Part shown: positions 17,098 to 26,851 of the stretch, in pieces
Layout: every line of letters starts with the position of its first letter
Position numbering within the stretch: position 1 is the first letter of the stretch
Source of the DNA: Ilumatobacteraceae bacterium
GTDB taxonomy: Bacteria; Actinomycetota; Acidimicrobiia; Acidimicrobiales; Ilumatobacteraceae
NCBI GenBank assembly: GCA_030727685.1
Contig: JANRBC010000029.1
Coordinates: 1 to 38,026 of the forward strand
Length of the DNA stretch: 38,026 nucleotides
Direction: 5' to 3'
The notes under the pieces: generated by a model
Seen by the model: the letters and a program-made list of their open reading frames with translations, nothing else
What the model was told of the DNA's origin: nothing
Databases searched by the model: none
Translations under genes and position numbers: made by a program

Positions 17098-17538
17098 ATG
17101 CTAAACATTGATTGGCGCAAATGGTTTGATCGAATGCAACCCCAAACGCTGCAGATTGCGGCGATGTTGCTCTACCTAAATGGCTTTTTCGCTTTGATAA
17201 GCGTCATAGATTCGACCGACTATTTGGGCTATCTACGCAATCGTTTTGCACTCGGGCTCATAGTCGGCTTGGTCGTCGTGGCTTTGCACGCATTATCGGG
17301 TTTGTTCATGGCCAACAACCTCAAACTTGGCTACAAATTCGCGATTGCCGCAGCATTTTCGCCATTCGTGCTTCGCTTTGCGGCATATACCGATCTCGAG
17401 AACACAAGTGGTATCAGCACAACGCTTTATCGCAAGCTGAGTGGTGGCAGCACCTTGAGTCTGATTTTTGAAGTGGCTTTGTGTGCTCTTATTTTGCATC
17501 CGCAAAGCCGAAGCCACCAGAAGATTTGGTATCGCTAG
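17098..17538 (+). CDS. Small integral membrane protein (about 4 TM), unknown function
   Basis: 146 aa with hydrophobic segments. It fills the gap cleanly between era and the MaoC gene. I recognise no motif. Confidence 0.6.
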   Translation: MLNIDWRKWFDRMQPQTLQIAAMLLYLNGFFALISVIDSTDYLGYLRNRFALGLIVGLVVVALHALSGLFMANNLKLGYKFAIAAAFSPFVLRFAAYTDLENTSGISTTLYRKLSGGSTLSLIFEVALCALILHPQSRSHQKIWYR

Positions 17539-17580
17539 TTCATTTCGTCACGAAGCCCAACGACCTGCCACACTTGATCT

Positions 17581-18039
17581 ATGCCAAAACTAATTATCAA
17601 AAGTGTTGACGAACTCAAAAGTTTGATTGGAAAACATCTCGGATTTTCGGACTACTCAACGATCACGCAAGAACAGGTGAATATATTCGCCGATGCGACT
17701 GGCGACCATCAATGGATCCATATCGATGTTGAGCGTGCAAAAGCCGGCCCATTCGGTGGACCAATCGCCCACGGCTATCTGACTTTGTCACTCGGGCCGG
17801 TTTTTCTGCCACAAATTTTTGGCGTGGAAGGTGTGGCAATGGGAGTGAATTACGGAACAAATAAAGTTCGCTTTCCGTCACCTGTGCCAGTCGGCTCAAA
17901 ACTTCGTGCTGGCGTAAAACTTTTAAATGTCGAAGATGTAACTGGCGGTGTTCAAGTAACACTTGAGACGACTTTCGAAGTCGAAGGCGCCAAGAAGCCT
18001 TCTTGTGTCGCTGAAGTCGTCTTTCGTTATTACTTGTAA
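17581..18039 (+). CDS. MaoC-like (R)-specific enoyl-CoA hydratase/dehydratase
   Basis: 152 aa with the hydratase-2 motif region FADATGDHQWIHIDVERA...GGPIAHGYL. Confidence 0.85.
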   Translation: MPKLIIKSVDELKSLIGKHLGFSDYSTITQEQVNIFADATGDHQWIHIDVERAKAGPFGGPIAHGYLTLSLGPVFLPQIFGVEGVAMGVNYGTNKVRFPSPVPVGSKLRAGVKLLNVEDVTGGVQVTLETTFEVEGAKKPSCVAEVVFRYYL

Positions 18040-18050
18040 GTACGAATTGA

Positions 18051-19019
18051 CTATCTGAAGTTATTCATAACTTCGGCGAAGAGTTCGACTGTTTCAGAGC
18101 TCGGGTAATCGGCGCACCACGGAATAAAGCCACTGCAACCAAGGTCAATATATTTTTGAACCTTCTCAGTCACCTGTTCGACGGTGCCCACGAGATTGCT
18201 AGCTTGCCATTGGTCAAAAGGGTCGGCACGTAAACTAAGTGAACCTGCAGCCTTGATCTCTTTTTCGGTACGCCGAATGAAAATATCTGGTGACCATGTT
18301 TTGCGAATCTCTGACTCATCTCGTCCGACCGCAGCACAGTGCCCCTTGAGAATCTCACGCTTGCGCGCGAACTCTACTGGGCTGCCACCAAAATTTGAGC
18401 AATCGGCATAGCGCGCGACAACACGAAGAGTTAGTTGCTCGCCGCCGCCACCTATCCAAATTGGTGGGTGGGGTTTTTGCAACGGCTTTGGGTCGCAGTT
18501 GCCACGCACCAAGTTGTAGTACTTGCCGCTGTAATTTGTTTCTTCTTGCGTCCACATTGATCGAACGATCTCTACACATTCGCGCAACATTGCGATGCGA
18601 ACCTTTGGTTCAGGAAAGTCGTAGCCGTATCCGCGGCATTCGTTTTCGTACCAGCCCGCGCCAATACCCCAATCGAGTCGCCCACCCGAGATGACGTCAA
18701 GCGTTGAGGTTATTTTTGCAAGCAAACTGGGTTCGCGATATAAGTTGCAGCCGACCATCTGGCCGAGTCTGATTTTTGTCGTGCGCTGACTGATTGCCGC
18801 CATCGTGGTCCAGCATTCGAAAACTGCTTCGTGTGCTGGACGCGGAACATTATGGAAATGGTCGTAAACCCAAATCGAGTCAAAACCAAGTTTTTCGGCC
18901 AACTGCGCAATTTCTACAGCCTTGTTCCACTTGTCGACCGGATCAGGAATCGAAATTAACTCCATCTTCCAGCCTTGCGGAATAAAAACGCCGAATGTTG
19001 TGTGCTGTTTGGTCGTCAC
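18051..19019 (-). CDS. LLM-class F420-dependent oxidoreductase (Rv1855c-like)
   Basis: 322 aa, luciferase-like TIM barrel. FGVFIPQGW...LGFDSIWVYDHF and GGRLDWGIGAGW are typical of the Rv1855c-type family. Confidence 0.8.
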   Translation of the reverse strand: MTTKQHTTFGVFIPQGWKMELISIPDPVDKWNKAVEIAQLAEKLGFDSIWVYDHFHNVPRPAHEAVFECWTTMAAISQRTTKIRLGQMVGCNLYREPSLLAKITSTLDVISGGRLDWGIGAGWYENECRGYGYDFPEPKVRIAMLRECVEIVRSMWTQEETNYSGKYYNLVRGNCDPKPLQKPHPPIWIGGGGEQLTLRVVARYADCSNFGGSPVEFARKREILKGHCAAVGRDESEIRKTWSPDIFIRRTEKEIKAAGSLSLRADPFDQWQASNLVGTVEQVTEKVQKYIDLGCSGFIPWCADYPSSETVELFAEVMNNFR

Positions 19020-20236
19020 AGTGGCAGGTCTCCAGTCGCAGACTTCGTTGAACCATGATCTTTGTAAGCAGCGATCGTACGTTGAGCGATACGCATTTGA
19101 TGAATTTCGTCAGCGCCATCAGCAAAGCGACTCCATCGCGCCTGCTGCAACATGTGCGCCAAAGGCGTGTCAGTCGAATAGCCGAGCGCCCCGTGAACCT
19201 GAATCGCGCGATCAATAATTCTCCACAAACTATTGGCGACAAAATGCTTCGCCATCGATACTTCCGAAGTGAAACTTTGTCCGTTTTCAATTTTGTAAGC
19301 CGCATGCAAGACCATCAACTTGCACTGATAGAGCTCCATCGAAGAGTCAGCAATCAACCATTGAATACCTTGTTTTTCGGCGAGTATCGAGCCATGCGAA
19401 TATCTCTGTAGCGCACGGTCGACCATCATGTCGAGAGCAATTTCTGCTTGGCCAATCCACCTCATGCAATGCGCAAGACGGGCAGGCCCAAGTCGATATT
19501 GGCCGAGCAAGTGACCCTGACCGCGCCCACCCAACATATTTTTTGCCGGAACACGAAGATCTTGAATCAAAATCTCGCAGTGATTGTGACCACCCGACAT
19601 TGTTTCGACATCACGAACAATGTTGAAACCTTCGCTTGGTATGTCAACGATGAAACACGAGTTCGCAGCCTGTGGCATATCAGGATTATCTTCAGTGCGA
19701 GCAACCAGAAGTGCGAATTGCGCACCACGTGCACCCGAAATGAACCACTTGTGGCCATTGATAACCCATTCGTCGCCATCTTGATATGCCTGCGTCTTAA
19801 TCAGAGTGGGATCGCTGCCAGCAACTTCTGGCTCTGTCATCGCAAAGCAACTTCTCGCCGTGCCTTCGCAAAGCGGGCGCAAGTATTTTTCTTTTTGTTC
19901 ATCGGTTGCCCAATGCAAAAGTGTGTGCTGATTGCCCTCGTCAGGTGCCTGGGCATTCAAAACAAACGGACCAATACTGACTTTGGCTGCTTCCGCAGAA
20001 ACTGCAGCCATTGCAGTAGGACCAAGATCCATGCCGCCCCATTCAGTTGGCATATGTGGCAACCATAAGTTCCAGTGGTTGCGAGCTCGGCCGCGCAACT
20101 TAACGATTGTGCGAACCACTTGTGCGCGATCTTTTTGATCGATCGCATCCCACTCTGGTCGCACTTCGGTGTCCATGAACTCACGAACCTTTAAGCGAAC
20201 AGATTCGATTTCTGGCGTAAATGAAAAATCAATCAA
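19016..20236 (-). CDS. Acyl-CoA dehydrogenase family protein
   Basis: 406 aa with CFAMTEPEVAGSDP, the INGHKWFISG motifs and a C-terminal helical domain (IQVHGALGYS...RIADGADEIH-like). 4-nt overlap with the LLM gene. Confidence 0.88.
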   Translation of the reverse strand: MIDFSFTPEIESVRLKVREFMDTEVRPEWDAIDQKDRAQVVRTIVKLRGRARNHWNLWLPHMPTEWGGMDLGPTAMAAVSAEAAKVSIGPFVLNAQAPDEGNQHTLLHWATDEQKEKYLRPLCEGTARSCFAMTEPEVAGSDPTLIKTQAYQDGDEWVINGHKWFISGARGAQFALLVARTEDNPDMPQAANSCFIVDIPSEGFNIVRDVETMSGGHNHCEILIQDLRVPAKNMLGGRGQGHLLGQYRLGPARLAHCMRWIGQAEIALDMMVDRALQRYSHGSILAEKQGIQWLIADSSMELYQCKLMVLHAAYKIENGQSFTSEVSMAKHFVANSLWRIIDRAIQVHGALGYSTDTPLAHMLQQARWSRFADGADEIHQMRIAQRTIAAYKDHGSTKSATGDLPL

Positions 20237-20287
20237 GGCGAATTTCTCCCTTGAGTAGTTTGGCAGACTTGTGTCACAAACCCCCTA

Positions 20288-20316
20288 CTAGGGCGACCAT
20301 AACTGGTTTGCCCTAG
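20288..20316. promoter_or_regulatory. Operator-like inverted repeat CTAGGGC-N15-GCCCTAG in the ACAD/menG divergent region
   Basis: Perfect 7-bp arms at 20288-20294 and 20310-20316. A nested CCCTA-C-TAGGG lies at 20283-20293. Confidence 0.3.
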
Positions 20317-20326
20317 CCTGAATTGC

Positions 20327-21046
20327 GTGACAGCGAAAATTCGCAAGCGCGACAAATGGGACCGCGAAGATCTGCCTAGGGGTGCTGAAAAAGTAGAAGC
20401 AGTCCGCGAAATGTTCGATGCAATCGCTCCTCGATATGACTTTGTCAATCGTCTCATGACTTTTAGATTGGATACACGTTGGCGCAAAAAGACTGTCTCC
20501 GCGCTGAACCTACCCAAGGGCTCACGGGTTCTCGACCTGGCGAGCGGCACCGGCGATTTATGCATCGAACTTAAACAGAATGGTTACGACCCCATCTCAA
20601 TGGATTTATCGTTTGGCATGTTGAGCGCCGATCGCAGTGGTGCGCCCCGCACCCAAGTCGATATTTTGAAGCTGCCGATACCAAATATGTGCGTAGACGG
20701 CATCACTTGCGGGTTCGCCTTACGCAATCTCGAAAATTTGCAAATGTTCTTCGTCGAACTCGCTCGTGTAACGCGACATGGTGGACGAATTGCTCTACTC
20801 GATGTGAGCGTGCCGACTAACCGCTTCATCCGATTCGGCAACAAAATCTATTTCGGACGTATCGTGCCGATTATCGGTGGTTTATTTTCAGATCGGGCTG
20901 CATATAAATATTTGCCACGAAGTGTCGCATACCTTCCTGAGCCTGAACAATTGATCGCAATGCTGAAACAATCAGGATTTGCCGACGCTAAACACACTCA
21001 ACTCTCTGGCGGGCTAACGCAACTTCTTGTGGCGACACGAAACTAA
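20327..21046 (+). CDS. menG: Demethylmenaquinone methyltransferase (UbiE/MenG family)
   Basis: 239 aa with VREMFDAIAPRYDFVNRLMTF...WRKK and SAM motif I VLDLASGTGD. GTG start. The stop abuts the menF ATG. Confidence 0.85.
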   Translation: MTAKIRKRDKWDREDLPRGAEKVEAVREMFDAIAPRYDFVNRLMTFRLDTRWRKKTVSALNLPKGSRVLDLASGTGDLCIELKQNGYDPISMDLSFGMLSADRSGAPRTQVDILKLPIPNMCVDGITCGFALRNLENLQMFFVELARVTRHGGRIALLDVSVPTNRFIRFGNKIYFGRIVPIIGGLFSDRAAYKYLPRSVAYLPEPEQLIAMLKQSGFADAKHTQLSGGLTQLLVATRN

Positions 21047-22240
21047 ATGCGCTCAACTACTCAGTTGCTCTCAGCGGTAACCAATCAGCAAATCGACCTA
21101 AACGACTTTGCGAGCAATGATGGCTTTTTGTTTGTTCGCGATGGTGTCGGAGTCGCCGGACAAGGAGTTGCAAAACGACTAGGCCGAAGTGAGATCGCCG
21201 CGACATTGTCTGGCATAGAAGATGACAACCGAAGTGGCATCGCCGAGGCTGGCCCGATTGCGATTGGTTGCATTCCGTTCATTAGCAGCAACCCACATGA
21301 TTTCGTGATTCCAAAAGTTGTAGTCGGCAAAACATCTGGTGGCCAGCACTGGGTGACGACAATAGATGATGCCGAATTTGACTTTCGTGCACCTGACGAA
21401 ATTCGACCCTTCGCCGCGTCATTCATGGTTAACCCCGGCATACCTGTAGATCACTATCTTGAAGCGGTTCGCTTGACTGCCCAAGCAGTGCGTGAGAAAA
21501 AAATTGACAAGGCTGTCATTGCTCGCGACATTTTCGTCACGACGAATTTTCCGTTCGATATTCGTGCAATCTTGCAGCGCTTGAAAGCATCTTTTGGGTC
21601 GAGTTACAGATATCTGTTTGATGGCTTTCTTGGTGCATCGCCTGAATTGTTGGTTGCTGTCGAAGGCAACAAAGTTTCGAGTCATCCTCTTGCCGGCACC
21701 GCACCACGCACTGGCAACCCGACTATCGATCAGAAAATTGCTAGTGAACTTATTGCCAGCACAAAGAATCAACTCGAACACCGCATCGTGATCGACATGG
21801 TTCACGACACGCTATTGCCCTGGTGTTCGTTTCTTGATTGGCAACCCGAACCTACAATCGTCGCTGTTGCCAATGTCCAACATCTCGGCACAGAAATTTC
21901 TGGACAACTGAGCGAACCTCGACCCAGTGTTCTCGAACTTGCCTATGCACTCTCGCCCACTCCGGCACTTGGTGGTGCACCAAAACAAAAGGCTCTCGAC
22001 CAAATTGCCCGTGTCGAGGGAATGAATCGTGGTCGATATGGTGGCGCTGTCGGATATGTCAACAAATCTGGAGACGGAAAGTTTGCTGTTGCCATTCGTT
22101 GCGCAGAACTCGACTCGACGCGCATGACTGCCCGACTCTTTGCTGGCGGCGGAATTGTTGGCGATAGTGACCCGACTAGCGAACTTGCTGAAACTCAAGC
22201 CAAGTTTCAGGCGATGTTGGCTGCGCTAATTCGACCGTAG
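21047..22240 (+). CDS. menF: Isochorismate synthase
   Basis: 397 aa chorismate-binding enzyme with SPELLV, HPLAGT, ALSPTPALGG and GGGIVGDSDPTSELAETQAKF. Confidence 0.85.
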   Translation: MRSTTQLLSAVTNQQIDLNDFASNDGFLFVRDGVGVAGQGVAKRLGRSEIAATLSGIEDDNRSGIAEAGPIAIGCIPFISSNPHDFVIPKVVVGKTSGGQHWVTTIDDAEFDFRAPDEIRPFAASFMVNPGIPVDHYLEAVRLTAQAVREKKIDKAVIARDIFVTTNFPFDIRAILQRLKASFGSSYRYLFDGFLGASPELLVAVEGNKVSSHPLAGTAPRTGNPTIDQKIASELIASTKNQLEHRIVIDMVHDTLLPWCSFLDWQPEPTIVAVANVQHLGTEISGQLSEPRPSVLELAYALSPTPALGGAPKQKALDQIARVEGMNRGRYGGAVGYVNKSGDGKFAVAIRCAELDSTRMTARLFAGGGIVGDSDPTSELAETQAKFQAMLAALIRP

Positions 22241-22257
22241 GGCTTTCGCCGTAAAAC

Positions 22258-23958
22258 TCAACGCAAGTTTGAAGCCACCATCTGATTGATGCGCTCATGG
22301 ACTTTGACGTTTTCTTGTCGGTCGGTAACGACTCGAGCCAGCCACGGGCCCCGCTGAGATAAAACTTCAGCGAGGTCAGACATATTTGCCACTTCTTGAG
22401 TATTGATCTGGTGCGCCTGGGCAAGCATTTTTATGTTGACACCATGCGGCGTGCCGAAAATCTTTTCAAATTTTGGCGCGTCAAGGGCCTGCGCCTGGGG
22501 CAAGAATGAGAAGATTCCACCACCGTTGTTGTCGATGACGACGATTCGCAAATCTATTTCGCGAATTACGAGACCGATCAAGCCATTGACGTCGTGTAGC
22601 AAGGCAATGTCGCCAATTAAAAGAGTCGTTGGCTGACGAGTTGCTAACGCGATACCCACTGCCGTTGACACGACGCCGTCGATGCCATTCGCGCCGCGAT
22701 TGGCATGAACACGAAGTCCAGTTCGCGGTGCGGCGAACCACTCGACATCACGAATTGGCATCGAACTTGAAACAACCAAATGGGATGCCTCAGGCAACAG
22801 TGCGTAAATCGCGCGCGCAACGCCTGGTTCGGTGAGTCCCGGCTCATCGGCTATCGCAGAGTTAATTGACTTCTGGGCTGAAGTTTCAGCACTGCTCCAT
22901 AGATCGAGCCACGAGACACTATCTTTCTGAGCCTGCTCGTTTGAACGCTCAGAAATCAGCCCGGCACACAACTCATCGATATCACCGACAATGTGCAGAG
23001 CACACAACTGGTCTGGGTCAGCGAGAGTTGGCGTTGTCGTAATGACGATTTGTTTCGCACCGCAATTAGCCAGCCAAGAGTTGACTACTTTCGAAGCTGG
23101 AAGAGTGCCAAAGCGAAGAACTACTTGAGGTTGTAATTTTTTTGAAAAGCCCTCGTCACGCAAAATCGTGTCGGCGGCAGCAACTACAACTTTGCTAGGT
23201 ACGCGTGCACCACTTCGCGGATCTGCAAGCACGGGCCAACTTAGAGATTCAGCCAGATGCAAAATAGATTCGCTCCGATAGTTCTCGGGCCCGGCGATAA
23301 TCACTCCATTTTTGAAATTAAGCGCTTTCTTTAACTCACGAAGCGATCGTGCCGACGGCAACACGACTTTGTCTTTGATCACCGTAGATTTCTCGTGTCT
23401 TGGCGGCAGATCTATCGCAGCACCCATGAGTGGCTCACGAAATCTCAGATTGAGATGAACTGGTCCTCGCACTTTGCCAACACTTGTCGCAAAAAGATCA
23501 CGCGCGATTGGACGCCAGGTCTGATTTTCTGAATCGTCGGCAACCTCGGCGTTAACAAACTTTCGTACTGAGACTCCATAGAGATTTTGCTGGTCAATCG
23601 TTTGCGGCGCGCCGACACCTTGCAGTTCTGCTGGTCGATCAGCCGTGCAAATCAAAATTGGAACTTCACTGTGATGCGCTTCGACTACCGCTGGGTGAAA
23701 CTCGACTGCTGCCGTGCCAGACGAACACACCAAGATCGCCGGAACCCCAGAGGCTTTAGCGATACCGAGGGCAGCAAATGCGGCACTTCGTTCGTCGTGA
23801 AAAATATGCATCTCAATCTCGTGCCGATTGGCAATTTCGAGCGCAATTGGCGTTGATCTAGAACCAGGAGATACGACGGCATGGCGAACACCACAATGAA
23901 GCCATTCATCCACCAATGTCGCGCAAAAGGTCGCCGTGGTCGCCGCAGAAGAACCCAT
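22258..23958 (-). CDS. menD: SEPHCHC synthase (2-succinyl-5-enolpyruvyl-6-hydroxy-3-cyclohexene-1-carboxylate synthase), ThDP-dependent
   Basis: I prefer the ATG at 23958 (MGSSAATTATFCATLVDEW...SPGSRSTP). ThDP motif GDIALLHDVNGL...NNGGGIFS. The 47 upstream codons of the 613-aa ORF are the antisense of the menH leader. Confidence 0.85.
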   Translation of the reverse strand: MGSSAATTATFCATLVDEWLHCGVRHAVVSPGSRSTPIALEIANRHEIEMHIFHDERSAAFAALGIAKASGVPAILVCSSGTAAVEFHPAVVEAHHSEVPILICTADRPAELQGVGAPQTIDQQNLYGVSVRKFVNAEVADDSENQTWRPIARDLFATSVGKVRGPVHLNLRFREPLMGAAIDLPPRHEKSTVIKDKVVLPSARSLRELKKALNFKNGVIIAGPENYRSESILHLAESLSWPVLADPRSGARVPSKVVVAAADTILRDEGFSKKLQPQVVLRFGTLPASKVVNSWLANCGAKQIVITTTPTLADPDQLCALHIVGDIDELCAGLISERSNEQAQKDSVSWLDLWSSAETSAQKSINSAIADEPGLTEPGVARAIYALLPEASHLVVSSSMPIRDVEWFAAPRTGLRVHANRGANGIDGVVSTAVGIALATRQPTTLLIGDIALLHDVNGLIGLVIREIDLRIVVIDNNGGGIFSFLPQAQALDAPKFEKIFGTPHGVNIKMLAQAHQINTQEVANMSDLAEVLSQRGPWLARVVTDRQENVKVHERINQMVASNLR

Positions 23959-24040
23959 GCCTCTATCGTGGCAGCAATGAGAACAAAAAGTTTGCGGCGT
24001 GTGGCAAACCGCACAAGATCGCACCCGACGACTTTCGCCA

Positions 24041-24787
24041 ATGCTGAGTAACAAGCAATTCGGCAATGGCCCGCGAGCCGTGCTCGTACATGGGTTCACT
24101 CAAACGCATGAAACATGGGTGGATGTCATCGACTCTCTCAAACAGAATTTCGAGGTCATTGCGGTCGACGCCCCCAATCATGGCGACTCTTGCGATATCT
24201 CTCTCAATTTAGAGTCAGGAGCAAAAGCCATCGGTGAAGTTGGTGGCAATGCAACATATATCGGTTATTCACTCGGTGGCCGATTTTGTCTAACTCTTGC
24301 TCTCGCTGAGCCACAACTAGTTTCTCGGCTTGTTTTGATAAGCACAACTGCAGGCATTGAAGACAAAGAGCTGCGCTCAGAACGCATAAGAAACGACGAA
24401 GAACTTGCCAGACGAATCGAACAGATTGGCGTTAATCAATTTATTGACGAATGGTTAAACCAATCGTTATTCGCGGGTCTCAATAACGAGACGAATCAAC
24501 GTGGGGTTCGTTTAAAAAACACAGCAATCGGATTAAGTTCAAGTCTGCGGCTCTGCGGTGCGGGGCGACAACAACCAACTTGGTCTCGCTTAAAAGAACT
24601 GACGATGCCTGTTTTAGTTATCGCTGGCGCAAATGACGAAAAATACCGCCGCCTAGCCGAGAGATTAGTTTCAGAAATTGGCGACAATGCAACTTTGAAA
24701 ATAGTCGAAAACTCTGGCCACACCCCGCATCTTGAACAGCCCGAAATCTTTCAAGACTTGTTGTCGAATTTTATATCGACTCAGTAG
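24041..24787 (+). CDS. menH: SHCHC synthase / alpha-beta hydrolase
   Basis: I prefer the ATG at 24041 (MLSNKQFGNGPRAVLVHGF). Nucleophile elbow GYSLGGR, with the C-terminal His in NSGHTPHLEQP. The men-cluster context supports the call. Confidence 0.75.
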   Translation: MLSNKQFGNGPRAVLVHGFTQTHETWVDVIDSLKQNFEVIAVDAPNHGDSCDISLNLESGAKAIGEVGGNATYIGYSLGGRFCLTLALAEPQLVSRLVLISTTAGIEDKELRSERIRNDEELARRIEQIGVNQFIDEWLNQSLFAGLNNETNQRGVRLKNTAIGLSSSLRLCGAGRQQPTWSRLKELTMPVLVIAGANDEKYRRLAERLVSEIGDNATLKIVENSGHTPHLEQPEIFQDLLSNFISTQ

Positions 24788-24792
24788 TTCTC

Positions 24793-25671
24793 TTAACTAA
24801 ATAGCAGACCAACACTCAACGCAATAGCAACAAGAATCTGCACGCGGCCGGTCATAACAAGAACATTTATCAAGTCAGCCCCAGTTGCCCCAGAATAAAC
24901 GCGTCTGATTGGTTTTATAGCCACTGCTAAGCCAAGCATTGCAATCATCGCTGCCGGATGCAACAGAGCAATTGAAACCACGGCGCAACCGGCAACGATA
25001 AATAGCAAAATATAAAACTTGCGTGCACCACTTTCGCCGATACGAACCGCAAGCGTTCGTTTGTTGGAAGTTGCATCGCCGGCAATGTCTCGCAAGTTGT
25101 TGACAGCCAATAAAGCGCATGCGAGACAACCAACAACAACAGAAGCCAAAAAGCTGACGAGAGTTAACTGCTGATTAATAACGAAAGTGGTACCCATTGT
25201 TGCGACCACCCCGAAGAAAATAAACACAAAGACTTCTCCGAAACCCAAATAACCATAGGGATGCTTGCCCCCCGTATAAAACCAACCGGCAAGAAAACAC
25301 AACACACCGACCAGCAACAACCACCACGATGTCGTTGCCGCAAGCACGAAGCCGAAAACCGCCGCCACGCCAAAAGCAAGAAATGTCGCCTTTTTAACAT
25401 CGGCTGGTTTCTTTGCCCCAGAGCCAACCAGCCGAAGTGGGCCCACTCGATCTTTGTCGGTGCCCCTAATGCCGTCTGAATAGTCGTTTGCAAAATTAAC
25501 CGCGACCTGTAGAGCAAGACTGACAATCAAAGCGAAAACAGAATTGAGCCAATTGTTTTGCATTGAACTTTCGAGGTGTGCACACGCCGAACCAACGACA
25601 ACTGGCGCGATTGCGGCGGGCAACGTCTTGGGACGCGCGCCTTGTATCCACAAATTAGTTGAATCTCGCAC
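24793..25671 (-). CDS. menA: 1,4-dihydroxy-2-naphthoate polyprenyltransferase
   Basis: 292 aa UbiA-family membrane protein with NDYSDGIRGTD and the second Asp-rich region NNLRDIAGD. Confidence 0.88.
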   Translation of the reverse strand: MRDSTNLWIQGARPKTLPAAIAPVVVGSACAHLESSMQNNWLNSVFALIVSLALQVAVNFANDYSDGIRGTDKDRVGPLRLVGSGAKKPADVKKATFLAFGVAAVFGFVLAATTSWWLLLVGVLCFLAGWFYTGGKHPYGYLGFGEVFVFIFFGVVATMGTTFVINQQLTLVSFLASVVVGCLACALLAVNNLRDIAGDATSNKRTLAVRIGESGARKFYILLFIVAGCAVVSIALLHPAAMIAMLGLAVAIKPIRRVYSGATGADLINVLVMTGRVQILVAIALSVGLLFS

Positions 25672-25705
25672 GCAACTAACTTAACAACAAAACATCTACG
25701 CTGAA

Positions 25706-26851
25706 ATGGTGCGCGAACTAGTTGCGATTGACATGCCAGCGGGCGATGCATTCGTCGATGTACTCAAAGAAATTTGGGATGCAGGCGACGCAGCACTACC
25801 TATCGATCAACGCTTACCTGATGTCGCACGAAGAAAATTACTCACTCAATTCAAGGTTTCATCAATTGCTGGCGCCGATGGTCTGAGGGTGAAATTTGCG
25901 GCTGGCGAACCAATTGAAGAAGATGATGCTTTAGTCATATCTACATCTGGTTCAACTGGCGAGCCAAAAGGAGTTGTGCATACCCACAGTTCGATTCGTG
26001 CAGCGGTAGCGAGTACGGGTGCACGTCTTGGCTGCGTCGATACAGATCATTGGTTGGCATGTATCTCACTCGCCCACGTCGGTGGTCTTTCTGTGGTGCT
26101 ACGAGCCTTGCACTTCGGTTCGCGTCTCACGATCGAACGACGTGCCGATCAAGCAACTATTGAATCGGCACTCAAGAATGGCGCGAACCTGACTTCGCTG
26201 GTTCCGGCAATTTTACATTCGGTTGATGTTTCAAATTTCAGAACTGTTCTGATCGGCGGCGGTCATGGCCCAACGAACCTACCGAGTAATGCGATTTTGA
26301 CTTATGGCCTAACTGAAACTTTTGGTGGCGTCGTCTACAACGGCACACCAATTGATGGTGTTGAAGTTCGCATTGGCAAAGACTCTGAGATCGAAATTCG
26401 CTGCGATTCTCTGTTGCGTTGCTATCGCGATGGATTTGACCCAAAAGACAGTGACGGCTGGTTGCTTACTGGCGACCTCGGTGAGTTTCGTGACGGAAAA
26501 CTATCTGTGCTGGGTCGCAAAGACGACTTAATCAAGACTGGCGGATACAAAGTTTGGCCAACAACTGTTGAGACTTCTCTGCGAAAGCACGACGCGGTTG
26601 CTGATGTAATTGTCGCAGGCACGCCCGACGAAAAGTGGGGCCAAACAGTCACTGCGTGGGTTGTTTTGCGACCCGATGCGAAAAACCTTCGGCTCGAAGA
26701 TTTAGACAAGCACGTACGCCTAAGCTTGCCCGACTATTGCACGCCAAAAAAAGTTTACATAGTCGACGAAATACCACGATCAAGTCTCGGCAAAGCTTTG
26801 ATAAGTGAACTAACTCACTCATCAAATAAGTTGAGGGCTCTGCATGACTGA
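25706..26851 (+). CDS. menE: O-succinylbenzoate--CoA ligase
   Basis: 381 aa short adenylate-forming enzyme with STSGSTGEPKGV, TGDLG and GGYKVWP. Men-cluster context. Confidence 0.8.
   Translation: MVRELVAIDMPAGDAFVDVLKEIWDAGDAALPIDQRLPDVARRKLLTQFKVSSIAGADGLRVKFAAGEPIEEDDALVISTSGSTGEPKGVVHTHSSIRAAVASTGARLGCVDTDHWLACISLAHVGGLSVVLRALHFGSRLTIERRADQATIESALKNGANLTSLVPAILHSVDVSNFRTVLIGGGHGPTNLPSNAILTYGLTETFGGVVYNGTPIDGVEVRIGKDSEIEIRCDSLLRCYRDGFDPKDSDGWLLTGDLGEFRDGKLSVLGRKDDLIKTGGYKVWPTTVETSLRKHDAVADVIVAGTPDEKWGQTVTAWVVLRPDAKNLRLEDLDKHVRLSLPDYCTPKKVYIVDEIPRSSLGKALISELTHSSNKLRALHD

Noticed and set aside
23959-24099. A Cys-rich 47-aa N-terminal extension of the menD ORF (..CAVCHTPQTFCSHCCHDRG) that looks like a metal-binding finger.
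   Set aside because: MenD homology begins at the internal ATG (MGSSAATTATFCATLVDEW). The extension is the antisense of the menH upstream and 5' region. It would also remove the divergent promoter spacer, so it is most likely a non-coding read-through of the ORF caller.
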